Sequence record: OQ411014.1
Origin: Escherichia phage EJP2
Length of the DNA stretch: 64,000 nt
Direction: 5' to 3' (one strand)
A program made the translations under genes and the position numbers. This document shows, one piece after another, positions 1 to 10,263 of the stretch. Each line of letters begins with the position of its first letter. The stretch's first letter is position 1. The notes below the pieces were generated by a model. That model was not told the DNA's origin, did no database searches, and was given only the letters and a program-made list of their open reading frames with translations.

Positions 1-2157
1 ACGTGAAGCAGGTGGCTCATTGGTTGCATTACTAGTTGAGCGTCGTTTCGCTGTTGTTCTTCGTGGGATACGTTTAGAACCACGTTGTGCATATCCAGTA
101 CCGATACCACTTACCTTGCGAATGACAACCAAATCAGTACTGTCAACCGAACTTTGACTATCTGTAATTGGTGGAGCGTTCTTATTCGATACTTCACCCT
201 TAGTTAGTGACTTGCCAGCGGCATCTTCACCTTGTCCAGTGACTGTTGTGTAGAATAATCCAGGGTCAACTGTACCACTAAAGCCAAATAAGTTTGCAGA
301 ACGGGTTCTGACCTCAAAATTGAGCACTCCATTAACTGTACCAATTACTGCACCCTTTTGTACCATATCTTTATTGTACAAATTAGTACTGATACCGTAG
401 AATATACTCTTATAACCACTCTTATGTGTAATTACTAAACCATTCTTACCTACAGTTGTGATTAATCCACCATCAGGGGCAACTACATCACCTTTGGCTT
501 GAATAATCCAACCATTTCTGTTAGTTTGTGTTCCCTTATCAGTAGGTACTTGTTTACCCCAATAACCGAACTCACGAATAACACCACTCACAGGCATTAC
601 CATCTGTAATCCTTCAAATGTTTGTGGATATGTCATTTCTGATGGAGATTGTGTTAAATCTTGTGTCATTACTTCACCAACTTCTTCAGTAGTGTTTATG
701 AACTGAACTGCTTCTGTTTCCTGAACTGGAACAGTTTGAACTTCAACATCATTTGCTGGTTCTGGCTGTACTGGGTCAGTTGTTGAGCTTCTACCACCAC
801 CATTTACTGGAGGATTCATTGCATCACTATGGTTTTCTGCATCAGTGAACTGTGAGTGATAGTGGATGTGGTCATTAAGGCCAACACTAGGAGTTTTGAA
901 GTTTGGAGCCATAAATTCTGCACTTCCGTGGTTACCAGATGAATCAACTGTTAGTGTTTGTCCACCCCCACTAATATTAACTGTGGTTCCACCAATCAAG
1001 TTAGCAGATGTTTCACCTTTAATGGAAACAGTTGTTCCAGCAGTCATGTCCGTATTAGATCCACTCTGCATACGCAAAGATGCAGCAGTAACTAGACGTA
1101 AATCTGCTCCAACGTTAACAACTACCTGACCAGATACTTTAGTATCTAAAGAACCAAGCAATTCTAACTTAGTAGCTCCTGCTACACGCCAGTTCATATC
1201 TTTACCTACATCAAAGTTAACAGAACCTGTTGCATTGAAGTTAATGTCTTGACCAGAACGAATATTCACGTTCTTGTCACAATATAAATCAATATCACCA
1301 TCAGCAGTAAATTTAATACGAGCAGTACCATCGCGGTTAATCAAAAGAACGTCACCACTTGCTTCACTCAATAGTAATTGAGCACCACTACGAGTTCTTA
1401 GTACAATGCCTTCGTTTTTACGACCACCAACGGTTGTATCATTGACTGGGTTACTAAATTGGGTATCCTGATAACCATCTGGGTCATCAGCCCATGTAGG
1501 AGCATTCAATTCAGCATCTGTGTAGCCATCATCCAGAATAAAACTGTTTCCACGAGGTGAAGACATACCATAAACAGTACTGGTAGTTTGTCTAGTGGAA
1601 CTTCTGTTAGCAACACCTGCTTCTTCATCATATAGTAAGTTTTGTTTCTTCAATCCTTCAATCATTGGGACGTTTGGGTACTTTTCTTCACGATTTGTTT
1701 GAATTGTGTTACGATCATAGTCAGTTACTGGTACTGGCATGTCATGACCACTATTAGGCATCACTTCGGTTGCCATACCAGGAACCATTGTGTTCATACG
1801 CTCATCATATAGACATGCAAACCAATAAGCATCGAAAATACGACCTTGCTTAAAGCATACGGCAACTGTACAACCAACATCCGGTGGTACAGCCCAGAAT
1901 CCGTATCCTTTTGGGTACTGTTGATATGAGTTAGCTCCAGGAACACCCGGAGTTCTTCCTGCGAATGGGGCAAGATATCTTGCCTCAATCCATGAATCTT
2001 TAGAATCTCTGTCACTCTGAGAACCTTCAATCCAAACCTTTAGTTTCCCACTATGAGTTGGGTCACGGTTATCCATTACTGTAGCTAATTGGATAAATCT
2101 GGGGTCAAAACGTGCTAGTTGGTTTTCAGCGAACTGTTTACTGTTATTGGTCGCCAT
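1..2157 (-). CDS. Central tail spike / baseplate hub protein (gpV/gp5-like), partial: 3' end runs past window start
   Basis: Hand translation of the minus strand from ATG 2157 is open for 719 codons to position 1; this gene is absent from the ORF track because it has no stop in the window. N-terminal OB-fold-like motif (GYGFWAVPPDVGCTVAVCF), beta-helix-like G/V/I repeats, DHIHYH motif near 856-870, then a domain resembling an M23 peptidase fold around 300-560. Confidence 0.6.
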   Translation of the reverse strand, partial: MATNNSKQFAENQLARFDPRFIQLATVMDNRDPTHSGKLKVWIEGSQSDRDSKDSWIEARYLAPFAGRTPGVPGANSYQQYPKGYGFWAVPPDVGCTVAVCFKQGRIFDAYWFACLYDERMNTMVPGMATEVMPNSGHDMPVPVTDYDRNTIQTNREEKYPNVPMIEGLKKQNLLYDEEAGVANRSSTRQTTSTVYGMSSPRGNSFILDDGYTDAELNAPTWADDPDGYQDTQFSNPVNDTTVGGRKNEGIVLRTRSGAQLLLSEASGDVLLINRDGTARIKFTADGDIDLYCDKNVNIRSGQDINFNATGSVNFDVGKDMNWRVAGATKLELLGSLDTKVSGQVVVNVGADLRLVTAASLRMQSGSNTDMTAGTTVSIKGETSANLIGGTTVNISGGGQTLTVDSSGNHGSAEFMAPNFKTPSVGLNDHIHYHSQFTDAENHSDAMNPPVNGGGRSSTTDPVQPEPANDVEVQTVPVQETEAVQFINTTEEVGEVMTQDLTQSPSEMTYPQTFEGLQMVMPVSGVIREFGYWGKQVPTDKGTQTNRNGWIIQAKGDVVAPDGGLITTVGKNGLVITHKSGYKSIFYGISTNLYNKDMVQKGAVIGTVNGVLNFEVRTRSANLFGFSGTVDPGLFYTTVTGQGEDAAGKSLTKGEVSNKNAPPITDSQSSVDSTDLVVIRKVSGIGTGYAQRGSKRIPRRTTAKRRSTSNATNEPPASR

Positions 2158-4489
2158 TGCTTGCTGTTCCTTCATCATAATCAGTAGTTTGGTCACGACG
2201 ACGTAGTGAACGGATCACTAATCCACCAGTTAATTGCTGGGTGAACTTACCAGAACCATCAAATTCACTCACAACACTGTTTACACGGTAAATTGTTTGC
2301 GTGAAGATGGTTGGTGTGTCGATTTCCAAAATACCTGTGTTGTTACTAATAGCAACAACGGGTTTAATATTCAATAGTAGATATGCTTCACTGTCAATGT
2401 AGTTTGCGAAGTGAATATCGTCATCACCGACAGCCATTTCTTGGTCATTTACAACTCTATCAAGGTATTGTAGGTAAGAGTAGTCACTCCATCCCAACCA
2501 GTACGGATCACCAATAACCTTCATGTCCAATTTACCTAAGAATGCACGGTTATAGTAGTTGTCACGCATCAAACGACGATCCATTTCGTATTCAGTACTG
2601 TTATCGTTTACAGAACCACTGGTTGCTGTTACGATGTTTGTTGGTTCCAACGGAATTGACTTAACTTGTCCATTATCAGAGCCAATACCTTCAGTACCTG
2701 CATAAGTTAGGTCATATTCATCACGATAGTCTTCAATATATTCATTTACACGAGCGTGAACGTCCAAACGTGTCTCAAGTTGTTCCTTGACACCTTCAAT
2801 TGATAAACCTAGTTTATCAGAAGCGGCTGCGGTTGCATCACGTATGAATTGTTGCTCTTCATCTGATAGTGCACGACCTTCACGCTCATCTTTCTCCAAC
2901 TGAACCTTCTTTGACCACATTGCAGTTACGTTTGTGGTTACTGACGTATCATATCGAACATCATCGAGTACTAATATTTCAGCATTGTGAGTACCTAAAC
3001 GGTTGTCGAAGTCGATTTGTGTTGTTGGGTTACGTGTTACTGCTAAGTTGAATCCTTGGTCGAATTTAATATCCAGATTAAGAATTTCTTGGTTAAGACC
3101 TGTAAACTGATAGTCATAACGTTTAATATTCAATTTAGGAGTATTGTCATTTGGGTCTGCGAATTTATCTGCATTCTCAAAGAAGTATTCAATGTTGAAT
3201 TTGTCTTGCTTTAAGTCATCTTCACTAGTTACATCACCAATTTTATATTTTACAATATAGAAATCGTTTTTATAGACTGATGTATTACGAATATTATCAA
3301 ATCCGACATAACGACGAACTGGAATGATATTCACGAACTGACGTTTGCGGTCAGTACTTTCATGTAGAGGAACACAACAGTCCAGTACATCATCTATTGC
3401 ACGAGAGAATGGCACGTTAGCAGCCCAAGAGAAGTTCTTAGCACCTTGTTGACCATTCTTAGTATTACCAACTTCAGTACTTTGTTTAGCATCATAGTTG
3501 ATAGTCATAGTTGCTAGTTCAGAAGGAACATGAATAGTAAAGAATTCATTGTTTGCAAATTCTGGATATTTAAATGTTAAATAACCATACTGTTCTTCTG
3601 CTTGTTCATTTAGTTTATCCTGAATGCTTTGAAGAAAGTCACCAAAGGTTGCTGATGTGCATGTATATGGTTCTAGCATTGTCCAGTCTTTGTTATCAAC
3701 CAATGCAGTACGGTTTGCCACTAAATTCATGTCGTACTTAACAGTACCACCAGATTCAGTTGCACGACCTTTAATATCGTTAATCCTCACACACCATTTA
3801 CGGTTCAATCCAGTTATAGTTTCTGGTTTACCAGTATTTTGGTCATATCCAACGAAGTTCAATTCTAATACCATTGGCACGTCCATGAATTTTTGATATC
3901 CAAGACGGTTAGACATTACAACTATCTCATCCCATAAACTCATACCTGAGTCTTCTGAAATTTCAATAGTACATTCGTTGAATGAGAAGTTTGAAGTACT
4001 GGCTGGTGTCGCTGGTGCTACACTTTTGATTTTTACGTTAGTAATTGAATATCTTCCAGTTACCCCAGATTGTGCTATAATATATTTTGTAATTTGTTGG
4101 TTCGGTGATGACCAAAACAACGCATATTCTTCGGGTTCCATACTGTACAAAGAAAAGTTCCAAGTTACATTATGATACTTCAAAAGAATATTTTCATATG
4201 GTAGTACTATGTCGTTTAGGTTCCAGTCATTCTTAACTGACAAGTCATCAGTACTTCTAGCGTTAGTATTCTTTGGTCTTTCATCATTCGGTTTAGCACT
4301 AAATGGGTTAGAAATATTTGGCATTGCACCTTTAACCACATTAGTGACTTCTCCTTTGACAGTACTTTTTACTTTATCGATTGAAGGAATCTTACCTTTA
4401 ATTTCGGCAACTTTCTCTTGAGCAACTTCAACTGGTCTGTTGAGTTGGTCAACTGTAGCTGTAACGATTCCTTGTACATTATTTGCCAT
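2144..4489 (-). CDS. Large baseplate/tail structural protein (781 aa), function unassigned
   Basis: Long ORF directly upstream of the spike gene with a 14 nt overlap; beta-rich composition; no catalytic motif recognised. Confidence 0.5.
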   Translation of the reverse strand: MANNVQGIVTATVDQLNRPVEVAQEKVAEIKGKIPSIDKVKSTVKGEVTNVVKGAMPNISNPFSAKPNDERPKNTNARSTDDLSVKNDWNLNDIVLPYENILLKYHNVTWNFSLYSMEPEEYALFWSSPNQQITKYIIAQSGVTGRYSITNVKIKSVAPATPASTSNFSFNECTIEISEDSGMSLWDEIVVMSNRLGYQKFMDVPMVLELNFVGYDQNTGKPETITGLNRKWCVRINDIKGRATESGGTVKYDMNLVANRTALVDNKDWTMLEPYTCTSATFGDFLQSIQDKLNEQAEEQYGYLTFKYPEFANNEFFTIHVPSELATMTINYDAKQSTEVGNTKNGQQGAKNFSWAANVPFSRAIDDVLDCCVPLHESTDRKRQFVNIIPVRRYVGFDNIRNTSVYKNDFYIVKYKIGDVTSEDDLKQDKFNIEYFFENADKFADPNDNTPKLNIKRYDYQFTGLNQEILNLDIKFDQGFNLAVTRNPTTQIDFDNRLGTHNAEILVLDDVRYDTSVTTNVTAMWSKKVQLEKDEREGRALSDEEQQFIRDATAAASDKLGLSIEGVKEQLETRLDVHARVNEYIEDYRDEYDLTYAGTEGIGSDNGQVKSIPLEPTNIVTATSGSVNDNSTEYEMDRRLMRDNYYNRAFLGKLDMKVIGDPYWLGWSDYSYLQYLDRVVNDQEMAVGDDDIHFANYIDSEAYLLLNIKPVVAISNNTGILEIDTPTIFTQTIYRVNSVVSEFDGSGKFTQQLTGGLVIRSLRRRDQTTDYDEGTASNGDQ

Positions 4490-4503
4490 GTTGATTTATC
4501 CTT

Positions 4504-4815
4504 TTATTTTACGTTACGTGATCCACTCAAGTAGCTTTGGACTCGCTGGACTGTAGGTATACGAATTGTCTTTCCAGCTTGAAAATCATAGATTGGGTCT
4601 TCTAGTGATGGATTTAATAATGAAAAGATGTATAATAGTCTTTCATTACCATATAGTTCAGCAGCAAGTCTCCACGGCTGACAGTCATACTTCGATGGGA
4701 TGACATAATCTACATCAGAGTCTGCTGGTAGCAGACCGCGTGGAAGATTGTAATCCAGATACCACGTTTGTTTAACTTTTGAGTACGGTGAGTACTGGCT
4801 ATATTTAGAGGCCAT
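4504..4815 (-). CDS. Small LysM-like tail/baseplate protein (resembles P2 gpX-type)
   Basis: 103 aa; motif YVIPSKYD...LAAELYGN...GKTIRIP matches the LysM-like pattern; sits in the baseplate cluster. Confidence 0.4.
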   Translation of the reverse strand: MASKYSQYSPYSKVKQTWYLDYNLPRGLLPADSDVDYVIPSKYDCQPWRLAAELYGNERLLYIFSLLNPSLEDPIYDFQAGKTIRIPTVQRVQSYLSGSRNVK

Positions 4816-5570
4816 TAGATGAACCCTCCTTTGCGTAATAGTTTACCTGTTTTATAGTCATTTAGGTTGAACTTCTTTGTCATAAAATCAGATGTTGGTT
4901 GTTCTTCCATCTGAAGAGTTACAGATACTTTCTGTGGAACCCAGACTTCATTCTCTGCGTTCATGAATCCAGTACTTCTAAGTTGTTGGAAGAAAGCACG
5001 AGTACCTTTATCGGTAAAATCGTACGTATCAGAGCTTGTATTCACTGGCACTTGTATGTATGATACGTCATTAGCTAAGTTAATGGTGTAGCTTTTAAGT
5101 ATCACAGGAATATCATTGTACATGTACCGACCATAACCACTTAGTAATAGGATTGGTGGTGGTGCACCAACGACTGCACGGTTTTCAACTTGGTTAGCTG
5201 CTGCTTTTCGACCGAAGTCCATCAACGAGACGGAACGAATGAAATGTAAGCAACTCAACAAGTACATACCTTCTGCTGCTGTATTGGCATAGAAGTCACC
5301 TTGGATGGTGAAGTTCGTGTTGGAAGTACATTTATAGTTGTTGTATGAACTATTAGAATGAACTGGTTGTTCTGTTTCATAGTTCACTTGTCTACTTTCT
5401 GAGATAATAGGGGTATAGTTCCATACCATACCGTTAGTTGAACGTAGAAACGATAGTATTGTAGGATTCTTTGTGTCACCCAAGTCTCCGTACACGTAAT
5501 CACGTGCGGCATCCTTCGGGCGTAAACGGATTCTGCGGTCAATCATTTTTATTCTCCAAAAATTTGTCAT
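4815..5570 (-). CDS. Hypothetical protein, probable tail/baseplate module member
   Basis: 251 aa ORF, first gene of the minus-strand structural cluster; start may be the internal Met near 5547. Confidence 0.45.
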   Translation of the reverse strand: MTNFWRIKMIDRRIRLRPKDAARDYVYGDLGDTKNPTILSFLRSTNGMVWNYTPIISESRQVNYETEQPVHSNSSYNNYKCTSNTNFTIQGDFYANTAAEGMYLLSCLHFIRSVSLMDFGRKAAANQVENRAVVGAPPPILLLSGYGRYMYNDIPVILKSYTINLANDVSYIQVPVNTSSDTYDFTDKGTRAFFQQLRSTGFMNAENEVWVPQKVSVTLQMEEQPTSDFMTKKFNLNDYKTGKLLRKGGFI

Positions 5571-5604
5571 TTGATGTATTTATGATTGAGACAACCAGAA
5601 AAAA

Positions 5605-5615
5605 TGTGATATAAT
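5605..5615 (+). promoter_or_regulatory. Early-type promoter, extended -10 box TGTGATATAAT
   Basis: Exact TGTGATATAAT with TTGAGA about 18 nt upstream; about 50 nt before the 5669 start. Confidence 0.6.
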
Positions 5616-5668
5616 AGAGTGGTAGGACACGGATAGTCCTCTGAGATGTAAAACATGGAGACAATATA

Positions 5669-6532
5669 ATGATAAACACTAAGCCGAAGCGTAAGAAGTA
5701 TTTGAATAACGCTGACTTACTAAGAGAGATACACATAAGTAAAATGTCGTATTGCTATCTGCTAGATCGTGCTTATAGTATGTATGACTACATAGTTTTT
5801 GATGAATCCGAAATCACTGAAGAAATCTTAGAAAAGGCTTCAGCGGCTCGAATCAAACGACTAAACAATGAAGCGATTGACAAGATTCGCGTAAAAGATG
5901 GACTATCAGCTAAGAAAGCGAAAGAACAAGCTGAAAGTTTAGGTGTAGTATTGAGTACTGTACCACAAGATGAAGTAGTGATTCGTGTAATCACCGATGA
6001 ACATATCCCTTTCGATGCTTCCAACAAGAAAGGTGAGAAGTTCCGAGTAAACTTTGAACCATTCAAACACTACATCGTTGATGATTGTGGAGAGATAGTT
6101 GAAGTTGGTCGGTCACATTGGCGTGGTGATTTAGAAAACGGTGAGTTCTCAATGGACCACGGTCGAATTACAAATGAACTCGGTAAAATGTTTATCAAAC
6201 TTGCTGAACAGATTTCACACAAGACTAACTATAGACGTTATACGTACTTGGATGAAATGATGGGCGATGCTCGTGTTCAACTAGTCAAGAATGCTCTTCT
6301 CTTCAAAGAAAGTATTCTGTACAAAAAAGTGAAACCTGCTGTGCAGTTGAATCCCTTTTCATATTATACATCGTTTGTTAACAACGCGTTTCGTTCAGTA
6401 CTGAATGCTGAAAAGAATGTACGTAACATCCGTGATGATTTGTTGGAATTGAATGGCTTTAACCCAAGTCATACTCGTCAACTAGAAATCGAAATTCAAA
6501 TGCAAGAAAGGAAAAACAATGGCACTATTTGA
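5669..6532 (+). CDS. Putative late-transcription sigma factor (gp55-like), extended form
   Basis: N-terminus KPKRKKYLNNADLLREI resembles the T4 gp55 N-terminus as recalled; sits directly upstream of the gp47/gp46-like pair as in T4; 287 aa is longer than T4 gp55. Confidence 0.4.
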   Translation: MINTKPKRKKYLNNADLLREIHISKMSYCYLLDRAYSMYDYIVFDESEITEEILEKASAARIKRLNNEAIDKIRVKDGLSAKKAKEQAESLGVVLSTVPQDEVVIRVITDEHIPFDASNKKGEKFRVNFEPFKHYIVDDCGEIVEVGRSHWRGDLENGEFSMDHGRITNELGKMFIKLAEQISHKTNYRRYTYLDEMMGDARVQLVKNALLFKESILYKKVKPAVQLNPFSYYTSFVNNAFRSVLNAEKNVRNIRDDLLELNGFNPSHTRQLEIEIQMQERKNNGTI

Positions 6533-7553
6533 TAAAGCAGTTACTTTTACAGATATTCATCTTGGTCTAAAGAACAACAGTAAAGAACACAACGAAGATT
6601 GTTTGAACTTCGTGAAGTTCATGATTGCTGAAGCGAAGAAACAAAATATACGTACTTGCATCTTTATGGGAGATTTCTTCCATAATAGAAGCAACGTAAA
6701 CATAAGTACTTTGAACTATGGTTTGGAAGTTATGAAACTTCTAAACGAGAACTTCGATAAAGTATATTTTCTTGTCGGGAACCACGATATGTACCACAAG
6801 AACAAACGTGACATTACCAGTATCAATATGGCACAGGCGTTCGAGAACATACATTTCGTGAATGAGATGGAAACTATTGATGATTGCACTTTCATTCCTT
6901 TTATGATTGATGACGAATACACAAAGTTACCATCTCTACGAAGCAAATACGTTTTTGGTCACTTAGAATTACCTGGATACCTCTTGAATAAAATGGTCGA
7001 AATGCCTAACCACGGTAAAGAGACTCAAGAGTCATTCAATGGTTGTGAATACGTCTTTAGTGGACACTTCCATAAACGACAATCTAAAATTACACCAAGC
7101 GGTACTAAGGTACTGTACACTGGAAACTGTTTTCCACATGACTTTTCTGATACATGGGATGATGCACGTGGTATTATGATTCTTGAACACGGTAAAGACC
7201 CATATTTTGTTGCTTGGGATAAAGCACCGAAGTATAGAACCTTTACTTTGTCTGAACTTCTGTCTGACCCATCATATTACGTCCAAGATGATGTAATTGC
7301 TAAAGTTCAAATTGATATTCCTGTTACTATGGATGAGATTAGTTACATTCGTGAACTATTCAGTACTATTCATAATATCAGAGAGTTCAACGTAGTAACG
7401 AACAAGAAAGCAGTGATGGATGATGTTGAGAAGATGGTGGATTCATCTGAAGGGACTGAAACAGTCGATGAGATTGTACTACGTCAAATCAGTGAAATTG
7501 ATTCACCAATATTCGACAAGAATCTACTAATGCAAATTTACACATCACTATAA
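6519..7553 (+). CDS. Mre11/SbcD-like recombination nuclease (T4 gp47-like)
   Basis: N-terminal FTDIHLG phosphoesterase motif, GDFFH, GNHD; 344 aa; followed by the Rad50-like partner. Confidence 0.8.
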   Translation: MALFDKAVTFTDIHLGLKNNSKEHNEDCLNFVKFMIAEAKKQNIRTCIFMGDFFHNRSNVNISTLNYGLEVMKLLNENFDKVYFLVGNHDMYHKNKRDITSINMAQAFENIHFVNEMETIDDCTFIPFMIDDEYTKLPSLRSKYVFGHLELPGYLLNKMVEMPNHGKETQESFNGCEYVFSGHFHKRQSKITPSGTKVLYTGNCFPHDFSDTWDDARGIMILEHGKDPYFVAWDKAPKYRTFTLSELLSDPSYYVQDDVIAKVQIDIPVTMDEISYIRELFSTIHNIREFNVVTNKKAVMDDVEKMVDSSEGTETVDEIVLRQISEIDSPIFDKNLLMQIYTSL

Positions 7554-7568
7554 TCAAGGAGAGCACGG

Positions 7569-9713
7569 ATGCTTACAATCAAGAATATTACAATGAGAAA
7601 CTTTTTCTCCTTTGGGAATGCACCACAGACTGTAGTACTGGATAGTACTGATATATCCTTAGTTCTGGGTCAGAACAATGATGTACTTCTCGATGGAGCA
7701 GACAATTCCGGTCGTCGTAATGGGGTGGGTAAATCTGCCCTCATTCAAGGCATCGTATATGGTCTGTATGGTAAAAGTATCGGTAATGATATCAAGATTT
7801 CTAACTTGGTGAATAAAATCAACACTAAGAACTGTGAAGTATTCTTAGAGTTCAGTAAAGATGGTGTTGATTATCGAGTTGAGCGTGGGCGTAGCCCAAC
7901 GTATTTCAACTTCATCACCATGAATCAGGATAAAGCTGATGATGAATCTCGTGGTGAGAAGAAAGATACCCAAGAAGATCTAATTGAAGTTCTTGGTATC
8001 TCGCAACAATTGTTTGAACACATTGTAGTACTGAATGCTAACGTTGAGCCGTTCTTGTCATTGCCTGTTATCAAACAGCGTGATATGATTGAAGAACTTC
8101 TTGGTATTACTCAACTAACCGAGAAAGCTGAACTACTAAAGGACATGCATAAAGAATCGAAACGTCAAGCTGAACAAGAAAAGTTCAAGATTGAAACTAT
8201 TACTGCTTCGAACGAGCGTATCCAGCAGAGTATTTCTATTCTCCAGGATCAAGCCGCTGCGTTTGAGAAAGCTAAGTCTGAAAAGATTGATAGTATCCAA
8301 TCTAAGCTGGTGGATTTTGAGGGAGTTGATTTTGCTAACTTATTTGAAGTTGCGACTAAGAATGAGATGGCTAAACAATGTAATGCAGACAGAGCAGTTC
8401 TTGAAGGTCGAGTGAATACACTTGCTCAGAAATATCAAGACTACGATGCACAGTTAGTTGCAAATAAAGAGTTGATTCAACAAAGCATCCAAGAATTGAA
8501 CACTATTGACATTGTTCAGGAATTGAGTAACCACAATGAATTATCTTCGTGGTTAGAATTGGAGAAGATTCTAAAAGAATCATTGAGTACTAAGAAATTC
8601 AAGGAACAACAGATCAGTACTGCTGAACGTAACTTGAATATGCTAAAAAGTACTTTAGCAAAAGAAGAAAGTTCACTCCAAGATGTTCTTGATAACAAAT
8701 GTTCTCTATGTAAGGGTAATCTAGACCATGATGAAAATCATAAAACTCTAAAAGAGAAAGTACTAAGTTCGATTCAATCACTAAAGGAAGAGATTTCAGT
8801 TGTGGAATTGCAGATTAGTGCAACCGTAGCAGAAATTGATGCTTTGGAGATATTTGACTTGCCAGCTAAACCAGTTACAGTGTATCCTACATTGTCTGGT
8901 GCACAACTTCATGAACATAAACTAGCTGAATTAGTAAAACAGTTAGATGAAGTACAGGTCAATATCTATGAAGAAGAGTTACAGAATTCATATGCTAAGT
9001 TAGCAGAGACACCAGTACTGGAAGTACTAGATTGGTATAGTGTTCAAGAAGTTACTGAATTGAATTTCATGTTCGATGGACTAAAGTCTGATTTAGAACG
9101 AGAAATGAAGTCTGAGAATCACTTCGTATCTCAAATTGAGACACTAAAAACTACATCTCTACAAGCTGTATCGTATGATGAGTTCAATGAGTTCGATAAG
9201 TTGGCTAATCACCAAGAATTCTTGGCTAAATTGCTAATCAATAAGGACTCTTATGTTCGTAAACGTATCATTGAACAGAATATCTCGTTCTTGAATACAC
9301 GTTTACAGTACTATATCGATGCTGTTGGTTCATCTCATCAGGTAGTATTCATGAATGACCTAAGTGTTGATATTACATTGAATGACCAGACCTATGACTT
9401 CAAACAATTGTCTCGTGGTGAGCGTACTAGGGTTAACATTGCGTTATCCTTAGCATTCCGTGATACCTATGAGTCTCTATACCAAGCAATTAACCTCATT
9501 TGTATTGATGAGATGATTGATGTTGGTCTTGATAGTTCTGGTGTAATGAAAACGTGGACAATATTCCAAGATCTTGCAGCTATTCGTAACAAGAACGTAT
9601 TTGTCATCTCTCATAGAGAGGAATTACTCAGTAAAACTGACAAGATACTCAAGATTACGAAAGAAGCTGGATTTAGTTCAGTTGCTTATACAACATTGGA
9701 TGATTTTTTCTAA
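7569..9713 (+). CDS. Rad50/SbcC-like ATPase (T4 gp46-like)
   Basis: Walker A NGVGKSALIQ at N-terminus, long coiled-coil middle, C-terminal signature/Walker B region (LSRGERTRVNIALSLA ... LICIDEMID). Confidence 0.8.
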   Translation: MLTIKNITMRNFFSFGNAPQTVVLDSTDISLVLGQNNDVLLDGADNSGRRNGVGKSALIQGIVYGLYGKSIGNDIKISNLVNKINTKNCEVFLEFSKDGVDYRVERGRSPTYFNFITMNQDKADDESRGEKKDTQEDLIEVLGISQQLFEHIVVLNANVEPFLSLPVIKQRDMIEELLGITQLTEKAELLKDMHKESKRQAEQEKFKIETITASNERIQQSISILQDQAAAFEKAKSEKIDSIQSKLVDFEGVDFANLFEVATKNEMAKQCNADRAVLEGRVNTLAQKYQDYDAQLVANKELIQQSIQELNTIDIVQELSNHNELSSWLELEKILKESLSTKKFKEQQISTAERNLNMLKSTLAKEESSLQDVLDNKCSLCKGNLDHDENHKTLKEKVLSSIQSLKEEISVVELQISATVAEIDALEIFDLPAKPVTVYPTLSGAQLHEHKLAELVKQLDEVQVNIYEEELQNSYAKLAETPVLEVLDWYSVQEVTELNFMFDGLKSDLEREMKSENHFVSQIETLKTTSLQAVSYDEFNEFDKLANHQEFLAKLLINKDSYVRKRIIEQNISFLNTRLQYYIDAVGSSHQVVFMNDLSVDITLNDQTYDFKQLSRGERTRVNIALSLAFRDTYESLYQAINLICIDEMIDVGLDSSGVMKTWTIFQDLAAIRNKNVFVISHREELLSKTDKILKITKEAGFSSVAYTTLDDFF

Positions 9714-9718
9714 CAGAA

Positions 9719-9746
9719 AGGGAGCTTTATGCTCCCTTTTTTATTA
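9719..9746. terminator. Bidirectional hairpin terminator between convergent genes
   Basis: GGGAGCTTTATGCTCCC hairpin followed by TTTTTTATT; A-rich on the other side. Confidence 0.6.
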
Positions 9747-10218
9747 ATCTCATATCTAACTTACCTTCCTTGATGAGTGTCCTCGCTTGGTTGGCTCTTT
9801 TCTTAACATTAGTCTCTGGTTCAGTACCTAATGAACTCAGTACTTCACATTGCTGCTTTGCTGGTAGTGCTTTAAACTTCTTCACATCCACTGTAAGAGC
9901 CGTATGGTGAATAACTTGCTCTTCTGGTGGTATATTGTTATGATGCTCTAGATAGTCTGCTAGATTGCGTAGAACTTCGTATAATGGCTTATCAGTCAAG
10001 TGCCTTACACACCTATTAAATGAGTTCTGTACGCGTCCCTCCCAGCCGTTAACCTCATTCTGTAGTACTCCCCTACAGTGCTGGTTATCTTGGTGGTAGT
10101 GGTCTAATACGGGCTTTGTGATGGGTATTTGAAGGATAGGATCAATACCACCTTGTGCCTTTAGTAGTTCCTTACGATATTTTGCTGCATCGTCAGGGTT
10201 TTTAAGTCTTCTTTTCAT
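9727..10218 (-). CDS. Endonuclease VII-like Holliday junction resolvase (T4 gp49-like)
   Basis: 163 aa; LDHYHQDNQHCRGVLQNEVNGWEG matches the endo VII H-N-H core (T4: HLDHDHELNGPKAGKVRGLLCNLCN); similar length and basic C-terminus. Confidence 0.6.
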   Translation of the reverse strand: MKRRLKNPDDAAKYRKELLKAQGGIDPILQIPITKPVLDHYHQDNQHCRGVLQNEVNGWEGRVQNSFNRCVRHLTDKPLYEVLRNLADYLEHHNNIPPEEQVIHHTALTVDVKKFKALPAKQQCEVLSSLGTEPETNVKKRANQARTLIKEGKLDMRLIKKGA

Positions 10219-10263
10219 ATCTACACCTTTTGGACAATGATTCTAGTTACTTTATTTAGTTTA

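Noticed and set aside
866-2030. Track ORFs 866-1129 (+) and 1794-2030 (-)
   Set aside because: Both lie inside the long minus-strand spike gene, which is open in another frame from 2157 to position 1; treated as frame artefacts.
2869-4421. Small plus-strand track ORFs inside the 781 aa minus-strand gene, and similar antisense ORFs inside other long genes
   Set aside because: All are fully embedded antisense in long, codon-biased genes and lack start signals; typical shadow ORFs of AT-rich DNA.
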